Origin: the human T2T-CHM13v2.0 reference genome, Homo sapiens
Strand: one strand, 5' to 3'
DNA: 64,000 nt
NCBI RefSeq assembly: GCF_009914755.1
Contig: NC_060936.1
Shown here: one piece after another, positions 1-13,906 of the stretch
How the letters are laid out: every line of letters begins with the position of its first letter
Numbering within the stretch: position 1 is the stretch's first letter
Made by a program: the position numbers and the translations under genes
Notes under the pieces: generated by a model
Told to the model about the DNA's origin: nothing
Databases searched by the model: none
Seen by the model: only the letters and a program-made list of their open reading frames with translations

Positions 1-1110
1 CTCTATCTTCTCTACTTGAGGAAGAGAATTTTGAGAGGCATGGACTTTAATGGTACCTTCAAACAGAAAGGCTGGGACCTGCTCTTCCCCTCCCACAGGC
101 ATAGAGTAGGGACAGAGCCAGCTTCAGGTCCTGGCCTGCTGGCTAGACAGAGGACATTCATAGCTTGGTCAGACATCAGAGGGACAACTGGCCAAAGGAC
201 TGGGGTCATGTGATGGGTCTTCTTTTCCAAGCTTTGGAGGAAACGTCAAAGGTGGGAGAGGCATCAGCTGGGGTGGTCTGAAAGAGCAATTAGGAGGGAG
301 CAAAAGGAATGGAGAACAGGACACAGCCAAGTCGCCCACATCCCCAAACAGAGCTGCCTTTGTTTTCCTGATGCAAAGGACACAGCAGCAGACTAAAGCC
401 CCAGGAAAAAAGGCAGAGATCTTGATCAAACTGGGGCCAGAGGGCATTGCATAGACCACTTGGGGGTACTCAGAGCCACAAAGGGGAGATATGCTGGACA
501 GGAGGGCAGAGGAAGAAACAGAGGGGAAATTATGAGGATGAGGTTAAGAACTGAATGGGGAGATATGAGAGCAAAGACGGCTGCTGCATGAGCAGAGATG
601 CTTCCTGTGGCTTCCCTGCCAGGGTTCCAAGTGAGCCTGAGCTCCTTATCAGTAGGGAGCATTCACCACCCACCACGTGCCCCATTGGAAACCCCCACCC
701 CCAGCCCCATTAACACACACAGCCCGTGTCAGCCTAAAATCTCATGAGTGGCTCCATTTTCCCTTTCCGGGCTTCCCGTCACTCCCCGCCTAGCATGCTG
801 AAAACTGAGCAATTAAATATCTGAGGCCCAAGTGCAGAGCATACACCCCCTCCATTAGAACTCAGGTTCACCTGAGGTAGAGGACACATGTCCCCCAGGG
901 TTTGGACCACCTACTCTACTGCTGAGCCAGACCTAGAGATGCCTTCTCATAAATACACAACCACTCTGTAGAAACACTCATGGAAATGTCATTTAGCTGT
1001 TTAATATGCATCCTGAGTAAACTTCTCTTGCTCAGTCATTTATGCCACTGATTGGAAATAGCACAAATCCTAGGGTGGTCTGTGCATGTGTGCGTGTTTG
1101 ACATTAGGGT

Positions 1111-1111
<1 letters not shown>

Positions 1112-1150
<39 letters not shown>
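1112..1150 (+). repeat. (GT)n microsatellite
   Basis: ~19 GT units. Confidence 0.95.
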
Positions 1151-1151
<1 letters not shown>

Positions 1152-1254
1152 TGTCTGCCCAGCTGCCAGGGTCTCTGGACGTTCTGCATGACTTTCTTCA
1201 AGCTTTGAGAGGTGGCCCCCATGGAGAAGCAGGGTGTGGAGGGGCTCTAGGCCG

Positions 1255-1720
1255 GGAGCCCAGGTCTTCACTTCAAGTCCCTGCTCCTCTACCACCAGGA
1301 ACTGGGGCTTGGCAAGACACTTTGCCTTCTTAGACCTCGATTTCCCCATCTATGAAATGAGGACTTTGCTGAGATGACTGATCTCATAGGTCATTTCTAG
1401 CTCTGACATTTTCTGGATTTCTTAAATCCACTTTAAATAGCACCATGTAATTAGAATTAATTGTTATAATTGCTAACATTGATTGATTGAGCCATGTGTG
1501 GTAGGAATTTCTCTAAGCCTTTTCTGTGCATTATCTAACTTAAACCTAATCCCAGCATTGTCAGGTATATATTAAAATTCCTGTTTTACAGATTGAAAAA
1601 ACCAAGTCACAGAAAAGTTAAAAATGTGGCCCAAGGTCACACAGGTAATGAATAACAGAGTTGGGAAACCTATAGAGGGACAGTCTTCCTCCAGACCCTG
1701 CACACTTAACTATGACATTA
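1255..1720. mobile_element. Two MIR relics in opposite orientations (~1255-1410 +, ~1470-1720 -)
   Basis: MIR core motifs (ttccccatctatgaaatgagg; ttttacagattg..cccaaggtcacacag). Confidence 0.65.
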
Positions 1721-3044
1721 TATGGCCCCATTATAAAGGGAAGAACATTTGGAATCTGGGCCTCTCACCAGTCAAGGTGCAAGGCAATACCAGATAACAG
1801 CCACTGTGGGCAGTGATTCTAGCTGCCACCACCAGGACATTGCAAAATTCATGAGAAGAGGATGAAATTACTAGCCTCCATTCAAAGGACAAGGGCAGCT
1901 TCAGTTTCAGAGGTGTCATCCTTCTTCCTCTGTCCACCTGGCCAGCCTCAGATGTGGGCTGATATGAATGCCAAGCCCATAATTTAAAGTCTGTCCTTTC
2001 GTCCCCTTCCCCCATGGCCCTATCACTGCTATACCTGCAAATCACTCCTGAGGAAAAGCAATCACTGCATCATGGCAAGGTGGCCTGAAGGCAGGATTTG
2101 ATAGGGCCCCATGGCCATCTTTGTACTGACCCAGGACAGCCGGCACTTTCTGCACCATTCCAGAGGTGGTGAGCAGGCAACAGTAACTGAAACACCAGGA
2201 AGCCCTTCCTGGTGCCCAGGCAAAGGTGCCAGCCTGCCTTGGGAAGATGGTTCCACCTTGCCTGAGAGTGTGCATTGGAAGGAAACAACAACCATTGAGA
2301 TCCTTTTGTTCAACTCATGACCTAGGACAATATGCTGGACCTGCAGATTGCTCTAGACCATCTGAACAGAAAATGGACCAAACAAAAGTAAAAGGAAGCC
2401 AGCAGGCAAACCCACTCTCCTCCCACAGCATGATGAAGAAGGGCAAACACAGCCCCCAGCCAGGACTTCTAATGGAGAGCAGAGGGGACCCTAAAGCAAG
2501 AACACCCCCTGCCCACCCACCACCATCAGAACCATGTACAGAAATCTGGTTCTGATTTGCTGCAGCCATCCACTGCCTGATTCTACCAGAAAGCACTACA
2601 ACATTCTTACTCCACTATTTCATCTCCCTGTGGTCCAGCCTTCCCTGGCCTCATGTCAGATTAATATTCCTATTCCGTGGAAGCCGAACAAAATTTCCTT
2701 TGGTGGAGTTGACCTCTCCAATTGGCCCTGGCTGCCTGGAAGCTATGAAGCCAGTGGCAGCCACCACCCCGTCCCCACTCCTGGGGTCTGGAAGTATAAA
2801 CACACTGGGTGGCCCCTGACTCATATAGAAAGTTATTAGGAAGGAGTGAGGCTTTACAAGGTGTCAGAGCTTTCACCAAGCTTTCAAGTTGGGTGAGCTG
2901 ATCTCAAAGTTTTGCAGAGAAAAGAGCAACTGAATCAAAATTGCACTAAAGATTCAGCCCAGGCTATGTCTGAGGTTCATGCTTACTGTCCAGTGACCAA
3001 AGCTGGCCAAAGAAAGGTGGCTGCAAGAATAAAACCAGATGATA

Positions 3045-3280
3045 ACAATAATAACTCACTTTAAATGCGCAGATTACCATATATTAGGCACTGTACTAAG
3101 GGCTTCTAATGCACTATATCACAAATCATCTCAATAAACTCAACAAGTAGACACTATTCTTTTTCCCACTTTAAAGATGAAAAAAGAGTGAACCTAAGAA
3201 AGGTTTTCCCAGAGTGGCAGAGTCAAGATTTGAATCCAGGCAGTCCAAATCCAGAGTTCAAGCCCTTAACCACTGTGCAA
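3045..3280 (-). mobile_element. MIR
   Basis: cccactttaaagatga...gtggcagagtcaagatttgaatccaggcagtc...ttaaccactg. Confidence 0.7.
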
Positions 3281-3757
3281 CGTTACTAGCTAGCCCTGAG
3301 TTCTTTGAAATGCCCCTCAACACCTTGCAATCCTTAATGAGCCATGATGGGGATATTGAGGACTGTCCATGGCTAATTAAGATTCCTGAGCTAGTATATT
3401 TCTGCCTCCTTCTGGAAGACAGACCCTGACCATGAATCAACACCTACTCAAGAAAGGGGTCCTTAGTCCATTAAGGCTGACTCCACTCAAAGCCAACACA
3501 AACTTTATCTCATCTGTCTTCCTGGAGATCTGCACCACTGCTCTTCCCCATGGGCATAGGAAACCAGTGCTAACTGCACACCCTACTGCCAATGATGCCC
3601 AGGAGGTGTCCGGAGTAGGCCAAAAGGAATCCGAATAGAGTCCTGGCCTGGGACTCCGGAACTGTGTTTTAGGAGGAAAGACCCTGAACAGACCCTTCCC
3701 AGCCCATAAATCTAAGCTTCCCAGACCATCCTAAGCAAGTTTAAAAGCAGAGAGGAA

Positions 3758-4730
3758 AAGTAGAGATTTGAACAGATATGTGTACACCCATGTTTAAAGC
3801 AGCATGGTTCACAATAGCCAAGGCAAATGGAAGCAAGCGTCTGTAAATGAACGAATGGATAAACAAAATGTGGTATATACACACAATGGAATACTATTCA
3901 GCCTTAAAAAGGAAGGAAATCCTGCCATTTGTGACATCGATGAGCCTGGAGGACATTATGCTATGTGAAATAAGTAGTCAGACTCATAGAAGCAGAAAAT
4001 ATAATAGTGTTTGCCTGGGGCTGAGGGGAAATGGAGAGTTGTTGAATGGGCATAAAGTTTAGGTTATGTTAGATGAGTAAGTTCTAGAGTTCTGCTGTAC
4101 AACATAGTGGCTACAGTCAACAAAATAGTATCATGCACTTCAGAATGTAAGAGGCTAGATCTCATGTTAAATGTTCTTACCACAAATACAAAATGAAATT
4201 TAAAGAATTAAAAAATAGAGGGACACAAAGAAACTTTGGTAGATGTTGGATATGTCTATTACCTTGATTATGGTGATGGTATCAAGGGTGTTTGCATGTG
4301 TTCAAACTCAACAAATTGTACATATTAATGTATTTCTTTGCATATTAATTACACCTTAATATAGCTTTTTTTTAAGGAAATTCTGATATATGCTACAACA
4401 TGGATACACTTTGAAGACATTATGTTAAGTGAAATAAAAGGACGTGAAAGGACAAACATTGCATGATTCCACTTATATGAGGTCCTCAGTCAAATTCACA
4501 GAGACAGAAAGTATAATGGTGGTTTCCAAGGCTGGGTTGAGGGTGGCCGGAGCATTAGTGTGTGACGGGTACAGAGTTTCAGTTGAGGAAGACAAAAAAG
4601 CTGTGGAGATGGATGGTAGTGGTGGTTGCGCTACAATGTGAATGTACTTAATGCCACAAAACTATACATTTTGAAACGGCTAAAATGGTAAATTTATGTA
4701 ATGTACATTTAACCACAATAAAAGGAAACA
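3758..4730 (+). mobile_element. Old L1M (L1MA/L1MB-like) 3' ends, two nested copies
   Basis: L1 3' motifs (gaatggataaacaaaatgtggtatatacac; gacattatg..agtgaaataa twice), flanked by the 14-bp direct repeat aaagcagagaggaa. Confidence 0.8.
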
Positions 4731-5601
4731 TTTACAGTAAATATTATGTCTCTTGAAAGTGATCATAATTAAAACTTAGGCTAGGATTTTTTTTAAAGCA
4801 GAGAGGAATAAGAAATTCATAAAATCCACACATAAAGAGGAGATACATTCACTGGCCCCAAACCCCAATGAAATGTAATGATGGGTTCACTGAAATATAG
4901 GAAAGTGAAAGTTAAATCTTTTGATATTAAATTATTTAAGTAAGTAACCTTACCTAATACAGCAGCACCCTCAGTAAAAATGTGTGATTAGAGATCACTC
5001 AAGAAGGGCCCCTGAGCCCAGCCCTGGGGATAAACCACTTCCACTGTGGGGGATGTTGCTCCTCAGGGTTGCCCATGTTTCCCTGCTCCTCAGCAGAGCC
5101 TGCCAACAGCGTCCAAGCAAATGAGGACTGGCTAGCCCTGGGAGGCTCAACTAGCCTTATCACTGGGTCACAACTTGTTTTCTCACTTCCATCATTTTCT
5201 CAGTCATCCAACTAATGTTTTCAGACATCAGTTGTTTCTGAGCACTGTATACGGCTTTCGAAATAAAGAAGGAAGGAGAGAGAGAAGGATGGAGACCCTT
5301 GGGAAGGAAGCAGAGAAGCTAACTCTTTTTTTGAGCACTTGCAATGCGCCAAGCACAGCTCTGAGCTTTTTACAAGCGTTATCCTCTGTGCCCCTCACAT
5401 AAGCTCTATGGGGTAGATACTAACATGCCCCCCGGTTTTTTTTTTCTTTTTTTTTTTTAGTGGAAACATGAAGTTTTATGAGAGAGAGAAGAAACCTTTG
5501 GTGGTGCACAGGGATTTGAATTCAGGTTTGTCTGCCCACAAAGCATGAGTGCTTAACCACTAAGTTACATTGTTCCGGGACAGACATACAGAGGTTGATT
5601 C

Positions 5602-7002
5602 TGTGTCCGCAATTGGTGGGTTCTTGGTCTCACTGACTTCAAGAATGAAGCCGCGGACCCTCGCAGTGAGTGTTACAGTTCTTAAAGGCGGGGTGTCCGG
5701 AGTCTGTTCCTTCTGACGTTCGGATGTGTTCGGAGTTTCTTCCTCCTGGTGGGTTTGTGGTCTCGCTGGATCAGGAGTGAAGCTGCAGACCTTCGCGGTG
5801 AGTGTTACAGCTCTTAAGGCGGCGCGTCTGGAGTTGTTCTTTCCTCCCGGTGGGTTCGTGGTCTCACTGGCTTCAGGAGTGAAGCTGCAGACCTTCGCGG
5901 TGAGCGTTACAGCTCATAAAAACAGTGTGGACCCAAAGAGTGAGCAGCAGCAAGATTTATTGCAAAAAGCGAAAGAACAAACCTTCCACAGTGTGGAAGG
6001 GGACCCCAGCGGATTGCCACCGCTGGCTCCAGCAGCCTGCTTTTATTCTCTTATCTGGCCCCACCCACATCCTGCTGATTGGTCCATTTTACAGAGAGCC
6101 AATTGGTCTATTTTACAGAGAGCTGAATGGTCCATTTTGACAGGGTGCTGACTGGTGTGTTTACAATCCCTGAGCTAGACAGAGAAGTTCTCCACCTCCC
6201 CACTAGATTAGCTAGACACAGAGTGTGGACACAAAAGTTCTCCACGTCCCCACTAGATTAGCTAGATACAGAGTGCCGACTGGTGCATTCACAAACCCTG
6301 AGCTAGACACAGGGTGCTGATTGGTGTGTTTACAAACCTTGAGCTAGATACAGAGTGCCAATTGGTGTATTTACAATCCCTTAGCTGGACATAAAGGTTC
6401 TCCAAGTCCCCACCAGACTCAGGAACCCAGCTGGCTCCACCCAGTGGATCCCACACTGGGGCCGCAGGTGGAGCTGCCTGCCAGTCCCACGCCGTGCGCC
6501 CACACTCCTCAGCCCTTGGGTGGTCGAAGGGACTGGGTGCCTTGGAGCAGGGAGCTGTGCTCGTTGGGGAGGCTGGGGCCACGCAGGAGCCCACAGCTGG
6601 GGAGGCTCAGGCATGGCAGGCTGCAGGTCCCAAACCCCGCCCCGTGGGGAGGCAGCTAAGGCCCCACGAGAAGTCGAGCACAGCAGCTGCTGGCCCAGGT
6701 GCTAAGCCTCTCACTGCCCACGGCCGGCAGGCCGGCTGGTTGCTCCAAGTGCGGGGCCTGCCAAGCCCACGCCCACCCAGAACTCGCGCTGGCCCCCAAG
6801 CGCCACGCGCAGCCCTGGTTCCCGCCCATGCCTCTCCCTCTACACCTCCCTGCAAGCTGAGGGAGCCGACTCCGGCCTCGGCCAGCCCAGGTAGGGGCTC
6901 CCACAGTGCAGCAGCAGGCTGAAGGGCTCTTCAAGTGCCACCAAAGTGGGAGCCGAGAGCGAGCGAGGGCTGCAAGGACTGCCAGCACGCTGTCACCTCT
7001 CA
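5602..7002 (-). mobile_element. Solo LTR12C (ERV9 LTR), sense to ANO2
   Basis: Minus strand starts TGAGAGGTGACAGCGTGCTGGC and ends ...CCACCAATTGCGGACACA. Has tandem CCAAT-containing subrepeats and a 4-bp TSD attc (5598-5601 / 7003-7006). Confidence 0.95.
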
Positions 7003-9299
7003 ATTCCACATGGCCCCTGCCCTCAGAGAGTTTACATGCTGCTGAGGGACAGTTGGACAAAAAGCAATTACATTACATTACAAAAAGACACTTGGTAAAA
7101 CATGGGTCAGCATAATAAGTGTCCAGGAGCGCAGGTGAGGAAATCAGGACAACTCCACAAAGGTGGGACTCTTAAACGACCCCTGTCTTACACGTGTCCC
7201 ATCTCCTTCCCCAGACTGCCAGTCTCTTGGAGCCAGGACTGGGTTTCCTCTTTACACAGCCCCTGTGCTGGTAACAGCTGTGATATGCTGGCCACCAGAC
7301 AGGCCATTAACCCAGGAATGCCAAAGTAGGGCTCTCAGGTAGAGGGGAAATGAAAGCTTTTAGGTCAGTGCCTGACTGAGAAGTCAACTCTTTCTTAAAG
7401 GAGGTATTAACTTCCTACTGATCATAGAGCTTCGCTCAATGAAGCACCCCGTCCAAGACCCTTTACCACCTCCTGGTGGCCTGGAGGACTCATGTGAGTT
7501 GCACAAATAAGGCAGGCCCTTAAGGCTAAAAGTCCAGAAAGGAAAGACAATCAGAGGCAATGTGTCTGTAGACAAGCAAAAGCAGGTTCACAGATGGGAA
7601 ATAGGACTCACCAGGTCCCCTCCAGTCTGTGGCCCTGGGGCTTAAAATTCCATTTTTTTTTTTTTTCTGTCCAGACCTGCATCTTGGGAAAACCAGCACT
7701 GCCCAGAAGTGATTAATTCCCACGAGTATTGAGCCCTTGGCTGCATGGAAAATTCTTCCAGGGGCCTGGGGAAGATGACAAGGCCTCCCATGGCCAGAGT
7801 CCATTTCTCTACTATGGCAGCTGCTTGGAGGTGCTTGCAGCCTCATTGCCAACCCACTGGCACATTCAGGTCAATGCAGAATGTGCCTCCAACTTATCAC
7901 ACTGGAGCACATTAGACAATGGAACAGACCCCTGTCTTAAGCCCTTTGGGACCCTGTCAGAAGAGGTCCTTCTACTCACAGCTCAGAGCAGAGGTTCACA
8001 TGTCAGAATATGTCAAGAGACTGCTTTGTCTTTATAAATACCTTAATCTGAAGTTAAATATTCTTAGGCAACTCTGTCTTCTAGGATTTTCCTAAAGGCA
8101 CACATTAAATTGTGAGATAGAAAGAATTCAGCCTAATAATTTCTTGCCAAGCCCTGTGTTAGGAACTTAGAGATTGAAAAAGATGCAGTCCCCATCCTCA
8201 AGGTAGAGATGAACATGCAGTTTACAGCGCAAGTCAGTGAGGCCCATCATAAAGGCATGCATAGGAAACAGGGGCATCCCTGAGGAGGCAGCAGGGGAAG
8301 AATTCACAAAGGTACAATATCTGAGTTGGTACACAATCAGTTCATGTTTACTGATGGATAAATATCTTGCATGGCCTTCTGCAAAAACCTGGGCTGACAT
8401 CTTTTCCTCCAGTGACTGCCTTCCTCCCCAGCACAGTGGAATATCTGCCATTCACTTACAGGATTGGTCACCTGCTGTCTTCTTTCCCTTGCAGTGACAC
8501 AGAAAACATTGTTTGCCTTTCCCATATTTTACAAGTCACAGCTCATATAGAACTTGAATCTCCCAAGCTCACTTCATTGAGTTTGCCTTTTTACTTGCAT
8601 TCAGACCTCATCACATTCCACTCTCTCCACCTTTGGGGTATGTCCATTTACAATCCTGATAGACTGTGTAGAGATCACACATTTCTCTTCAGACACGTTC
8701 TCCTTCTATGCCACCTCAAAATTACTTTCTTTTTGAGTCAGCTTAGACTCAAGCAGTCCAAAACCCAGAAGGGGTCATTAGCATGGACAGAGAGAGCCGA
8801 GGAGAAGCCCTCTATTTCTGGCTTTAGAAAAAGAAAGTCATCTCTTAACACTCAGAAAGAGTGGAAGGAAGCCCCCATTGTTTTCTTTTCTCCATTCTTT
8901 CACATGCTAGACCACAGGCCCCTAGAAGGAGAGTGAGAGGAACATTCCTCTTTGCTCCCAAGAGGTTGGAGCAAACCCCTGTTGCTTTTTTCTCTGTGTG
9001 CGTCCTTTCACCACTTGGCCCCAGACACAGGTGCAGTTTTGGGAAGTATGTGGCAGAGGAGGGTAAGTAGATTCCAAGATTTCTGGCTGAAGGATGGCAA
9101 AGAGGGTCTCAGGGGACAGGAAGGTTCTGCAAAGATCACGGAGAGGCAAGAGCTCAGCAAAATGCCCCCATAAGCTGTTCATGAACCCTTTGGCTTACCC
9201 TAAAGCTGCATGTGCATGGATCTGATCCTAAATAGCACACTATATACCCTAAGACAGTAAAGACTGAGCTACATAATACATCACTAACCAGGTCTCAAC

Positions 9300-10692
9300 C
9301 TGGCCACTTGATAGCATCCATAGGATAGACTCAAATAGCATAAGGCTGTGAAAATGAAACTGATTTTGAAACTACCTACAGAATTCTGGTCAGAACTTGC
9401 AACTTCAACCCAACCAGATCAATTGCCTGATAAAACACAAATAGGATTTAAATAAAACCCAGATTTCCATAACATAATATTGAAAGTGTCCAGGATACAA
9501 TTTAAAATTACCGAACATACAAAGAACAAGGAAATCTTTTGTGAGAAATGACAATAGACAAATGCCGATGACAAAGATATTGGACTTATCTGACCAATGC
9601 TTTAAAGTAGTCATTACAAAAAAGGCCCAAGAAAGAGCAAACACTCTTGAAATGAATAGAAAGAGACATTTTCAGAAAAAAAAAATAGAAGACATAAAAA
9701 TGAACCAAATGGGAATTTTATAATTAAAAAATAAAATAACTGAATTAAAAAACTCACTGAATGAACTCAATAACAGAATTGAAGTGACAGAGGAGTCAGT
9801 ATACTTGAAGAAATCAATAGAAATTATCCAACCTGAACAACAGAGACAAAAAAACATGTTGAAAACAATGAACAAAATATTGGAGACCTATAAGGCAAAC
9901 CAAAAACATCTAACATTAATGCCACTGAAGCTCCAGAAGGTCAGAAGAATGAGTACAGCATAGAAAAAAATTTGAAAATATAATAGCTACAGACTTTCCA
10001 AATTTGGTGAGAGGTATAAACCAGAAACAGATTTATGAAGTTCAGCAAACCCCAAATAAGATAAACTCAAAGAAATTCACACCTAGACACATCATAATCA
10101 AAGTATTGAAAACGACAAAGGAAAAAGTTTTGAAAGCAGCCAGAGATAAACAATGCATTACTTACAGGAAAATAGTGATTTGAATGACCACAGATTTCTC
10201 ATGAGGAGCCATGAAGGTCAGAAGGTAGTGGAGCAACATTTTGAAAATGCTTAAAGAAAAGAATTGTCAATCAAGAATTCTATAACCTGTGAAAATACCA
10301 TTCAGGAATGAAAGTAAAGACTCCTCTGTGAGGAAAACTAAGGTAATTTATTGCCAACAGACTTGGTTCAAAGAATTGCTAAAGGAAATTCTTCAGAAAA
10401 AAGGAAAATGTACCAAAAGGAAACTTAGAACATCAGGAATAAAGAACCAGAAAAATGTTAACTGTCTGTGCAAATAGACTATTCTCACTTCTTAAATTCT
10501 TTGAAATGTTTGACAACTGAAAACAAAAATTATAACACTTTCTCATAGAGTTTTCAATTTGTGTAACTATAATACATAAGACAAATACAAAGGAGGAAAG
10601 GCAAAGGAACTTCTAAGATGGTAAGGCTTCTTTACTGCATTTGAAGTGGTAAAATATTTATTCTAAGTAGACTGAAAGAAAACAAGTATATC
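9300..10692 (+). mobile_element. Old L1M 5'/ORF1 region (resumes ~13916-13975)
   Basis: Degenerate ORF1-like A-rich sequence (cacacctagacacatcataatcaaag...tgaaagcagccagaga). Confidence 0.75.
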
Positions 10693-13600
10693 CAAAAATC
10701 AACTCAAGATGGATCAAAGACTTAAATCTAAGAAACCATAACATTTCTAGAATATAATATCAGAAAACTCTTCTGGACATTGGCTTAGGCAAAGAATTCA
10801 TACTAAGACCCCAAAAGCAAATGCAACAATAACAAAAATAAATAAATGGGACCTAATTAAGTTTAAAAGCTTCCTCACAGCAAAACAAATCATCAGCAGA
10901 GTAAATAGACAACATATAGAGTGGGAGAAAATATTCACAAATGATGCATCCAACAAAGGACTAGTATCCAGAATCTAGAAGGAACTCAAACAAATCAAAA
11001 AGAAAGAAAACACATAATTCCATCAAAAAGTGGGCAAAGAATCTGAAGAGACATTTCTTTTCTTTATTTTGTATGTAGTTTTTTTTCCCTTTTTTTCTTT
11101 TTTTTTTTTTAATTATACTTTAAGTTCTGGGATACATGTGCAGAACGTGGAGGTTTGTTACATAGGTATACACAAGCCATGGTGGTTTGCTGTACCCATC
11201 AACTCATCATCTACATTAGGTATTTCGCCTAATGCTATCCCTCCCCTAGCCCCCCACCCCACAACAGGCCCCAGTGTGTGATGTTCCCCTCCCTGTGCCC
11301 ATGTATTCTCATTGTTCAACTCCCACTTGTGAGTGAGAACACGTGGTGTTTGGTTTTCTGTTCCTGTGTTAGTTTGCTGAGAATGATGGTTTCAAACTTC
11401 ATCTGTGTCTGTGCAAAGGACATGAACTCATCCTTTTTTATGGCTGCATAGTATTCCACGGTGTATATGTGCCACATTTTCTTTATCCAGTCTACCTTTA
11501 TGGGCATTTGGGTTGGTTCCAAGTCTTTGCTATTGTCAATAGTGCTGCAATAAACATACATGTGCATGTGTCTTTATAGTAGAACAATTTATAATCCTCT
11601 GAGTATATACCCAGTAATAGGATTGCTGGGTCAAATGATATTTCTGGCTCTAGATCCTTGAGGAATCACACACTGTCTTCCATAATGATTGAAGTAATTT
11701 ACACTCCCACCAACAGTGTAAAAGTGTTCCTATTCCTCCACTTCCTCTCCAGCATCTGTTGTTTCCTGACTTTTTAATAATCACCATTCTAACTGGTGTG
11801 AGATGGTATCTCATTGTGGTTTTCATTTGCATTTCTCTAATGACCAGTGGTGATGAGTTTTTTTTCATCTGTTTGTTGGCCACATAAATGTCTTCTTTTG
11901 AGAAGTGTCTGTTCATATCCTTCACCCACTTTTTGATGGGGTTGTTTGTTTTTTTCTTGCAAATTTGTTTAAGTTCTTGGTAGATTCTGGATATTAGCCC
12001 TTTGTCAGATGGATAGGTTTCAAAAATTTTCTCCCATTCTGTAGGTTGCCTGTTCACTCTGATGATAGTTTATTTTGCTGTGCAGAAGCTCTTTAGTTTA
12101 ATTAGATCCCCTTTGTCAATTCTGGCTTTTGTGGCCAAAAGCTTTTGGTGTTTTAGTCATGAAGTCTTTGCCCATGCCTATGTCCTGAATGGTATTGCCT
12201 AGGTTTTCTTCTAGGGTTTTTATAGTTTTAGATCTTACGTTTAAGTCTTTAGTCCATCTTGAGTTAATTTTTGTATAAGGTGTAAGGAAGGGATCCAGTT
12301 TCAGTTTTCTGCATATGGCTAGCCAGTTTTCCCAACACCATTTATTAAATAGGGAATCCTTTCCCCATTGCTTGTTTTTGTCAGGTTTGTCAAAGACCAG
12401 ATGGTTGTAGATGGGTGGCGTTATTTCTGAGGGCTCTGTTCTGTTCCATTGGTCTATATATCTGTTTTGGTACCAATACCATGCTGTTTTGGTTCCTGTA
12501 GGCTTGTAGTATAGTTTGAAGTCAGGTAGTGTGATGCCTCTAGCTTTGTTCTTTTTGTCTAGGATTGTCTTGGATATATGGGCTCTCTTTTGGTTCCATA
12601 TGAAATTTAAAGTAGTTTTTTCTAATTCTGTGAGGAAGGTCAATGGTAGCTTAATGGGGATAGCACTGAATCTATAAATTACTTTGGGCAGTATGGCCAT
12701 TTTCATGATATTGATTCTACCTATCCATGAGCATGGAATGTTTTTCCATTTGTTTGTGTCCTCTCTTATTTCCTTCAGCAGTGGTTTGTAGTTGTCCATG
12801 AAGAGGTCCTTCACATCCCTTGTAAGTTGTATTCCTTAGGTATTTTATTTTCTGAAGCAATTGTGAATGGGAGTTCACTCATGATTTGGCTCTCTGTTTG
12901 TCTATTATTGGTGTATAGAAATGCTTGTGATTTTTGCACATTGATTTTATATTCTGAGATTTTGCTGAAGTTGCATATCAGCTTAAGGAGATTTGGGGCT
13001 GAAACGATGGGGTTTTCTAAATATACAATCATGTCATTTGCAAACAGAGACATACTCCATCACATAAACAGAACCAGTGAAGAAATGAAGAGACATTTCT
13101 TAAGAGAAGATAAACAAATAGCCAACAAACATATGAAAAAATGTTCAACATCACTAATCATCAGGGAAATGCAAATTAAAACCACAATGAGATACCACCT
13201 CACTCCTGCAAGAATGGCCATAATTAAAAAGTCATAAAACAATAGATGTCAGCATGGATGTGGTGAAAAGGAACACTTTTACACTGCTGGTGGGATGTAA
13301 ATTAGTACAATCACTATGAAAAACAGTATGGAGATTCCTTAAAGAACTAAAAGTAGAACTACCATTTGATCCAGCAATCCCACTTCTGGGTAGCTACCCA
13401 AAGGAAAAAAAAAAAGTCATTATATGAAAAACACACACGCATGCATATGTTTACAGCAGCACAATTCACAACTGCAAAGATGGAGCCAACCTAAGTGCCC
13501 ATCAACCAATGAGCGAATAAAGAAAATGTGGCATATATACCATGGGATACTACTCAGCCATAAAAAGGAATGAAATAATTTATTTTGCAGCAAATTGGAT

Positions 13601-13906
13601 GGAGCTGGAGGCCATTATTCTAAGTGAAGTAACTCAGGAATGGAAAACCAAATATTCTATCCTCTCACTTATAAGTGGGAGCTAAGCTATGAGGACACAA
13701 AGACATAGGAATCATATAATGGACTTTGGGGACTGGAAGGGGGGTGAGGTATAAAAGACTACATATTGGGTACAGTGTACACTGCTCAGTGACAGGTCCA
13801 CTAAAATCTCAGAAATAACCACTAAAGAACTTATCCATGTAGCCAAAAACCACCTGTACCACCAAAACTATTGAAATAAAAATATTAATCAAAACAAAAA
13901 CAAAAA
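10693..13906 (+). mobile_element. L1PB1-like 3' portion, split by an L1PA insertion
   Basis: ORF2 C-terminus and L1PB-type 3' UTR (aactcaggaatggaaaacc...ccactaaagaacttatccatgt). Flanking repeat aagtatatc at 10684-10692 and 13907-13915. Confidence 0.85.
11060..13085 (-). mobile_element. 5'-truncated L1PA (L1PA7-like) with a short 5' inversion
   Basis: Poly-T tail at ~11060-11110 and frameshifted ORF2 pieces (ORFs 11650-12057, 12116-12814, 12811-13053). 16-bp TSD tgaagagacatttctt at 11044-11059 and 13086-13101. Confidence 0.93.

Noticed and set aside
5726-7060. Several ORFs of 60-142 aa
   Set aside because: All inside the GC-rich LTR12C; no gag/pol/env sequence (solo LTR).
8367-8936. 189-aa + strand ORF (similarly 43796..44365 and 61396..61980)
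   Set aside because: No recognisable domain or exon structure; consistent with chance ORFs in intron.
11316-13242. ORFs with L1 ORF2 homology (up to 232 aa)
   Set aside because: Frameshifted, 5'-truncated L1 relic; the RT FADD motif reads FAND. Not a functional gene.
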